The translations under genes and the position numbers were made by a program. From assembly GCA_032117235.1 (NCBI GenBank), contig JAULZW010000004.1, positions 1 through 51,422 of the forward strand: DNA of 51,422 bases, written 5' to 3'. This document shows, piece after piece, positions 51,172-51,422 of this stretch; the stretch's first letter is position 1, and every line of letters begins with the position of its first letter. Source of the stretch: Minisyncoccota bacterium (GTDB lineage Bacteria; Patescibacteriota; Minisyncoccia; SW-4-49-11). Under the pieces are notes generated by a model that made no database searches, was not told where the DNA came from, and saw only the letters and a program-made list of their open reading frames with translations.

Positions 51172-51375
51172 GGGGGTAGATGTTAGTAGTTTCGGAGGGT
51201 TGTGGCTACATTTTTAAGACTAGTAATTATTAATTTACACTCGTTCCAATCATCTTCATCAATCCCAGTTTCTTCAACCTCAGTTTCTTCAAACCCCGCA
51301 TATTCTATAATCAAAAGCACCACTACGGTATATACTAAATAAGTAGTGGCATGTATAAGCTAAGAAATAGAATAT

Positions 51376-51422
51376 ATGAAACATATCAATATAGAAGAAA
51401 GGGTAAAAATCAATGAATATGT
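51376..51422 (+). CDS. start of an ORF running off the window (MKHINIEERVKINEY...)
   Basis: ATG at 51376, only 15 codons visible. The pattern loosely resembles the N-terminal HTH lead-in of IS30-family transposases. Very weak. Confidence 0.2.
   Translation, partial: MKHINIEERVKINEY

Noticed and set aside
51183-51325. Minus-strand short acidic ORF (...VVLLIIEYAGFEETEVEETGIDEDDWNECKLIITSLKNVATTLRNY) upstream of the minus-strand terminator
   Set aside because: There is no ATG, only GTG/TTG candidates, and it has at most ~48 codons after an in-frame stop. It may be a gene remnant. Evidence is insufficient to call it.

Overview
AT-rich bacterial chromosome segment. Compact co-directional operons, a very short EF-Ts and many TM/TPR hypotheticals suggest a small-genome uncultivated lineage of the Patescibacteria/CPR kind (inference only). 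I saw no rRNA, tRNA or CRISPR array by eye.

nt 1-37.6 kb is mostly housekeeping:
- a 5'-truncated repetitive surface/fibre-like gene
- tyrS(-), nusA, ppa, pheST, rplU, Nfu-like, ferredoxin, Lgt-like, dnaG-rpoD, secE-nusG, an RNHCP protein
- an orphan sensor kinase, an ABC-F ATPase, an O-antigen-ligase-like/TPR membrane protein
- a dcw block: mraY, amidohydrolase, murD, ftsW
- rpsB-tsf, lon, PGI/PMI, gatCA, rnhB, bestrophin-like(-), tsaC/sua5(-), dprA

nt 37.6-51.2 kb is an accessory/defence island:
- a tightly packed type I R-M operon: hsdM, YhcG/DUF1016 nuclease, hsdS, HEPN-like ORF, RAYT-type Y1/HUH transposase, hsdR
- two small ORFs
- an XRE-Panacea antitoxin with a RelE/ParE-like toxin
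- a RhuM-Doc fusion and a Bro-N protein

The most unusual signal is that the island's coding sequences are colonised in frame by GC-rich palindromic DNA of two kinds.
1. CCTGCCT...AGGCAGG elements. One is a 282-nt version that encodes a complete GIY-YIG nuclease domain inside HsdM and is bounded by terminal inverted repeats. A 30-nt 'empty' copy matches its left end.
2. Canonical GTAG+hairpin REPs. Their presumptive cognate RAYT gene sits inside the R-M operon and is itself invaded by them.

Related GC-rich structured modules lie at both island borders. A promoter/terminator-delimited candidate ncRNA or sORF precedes hsdM.
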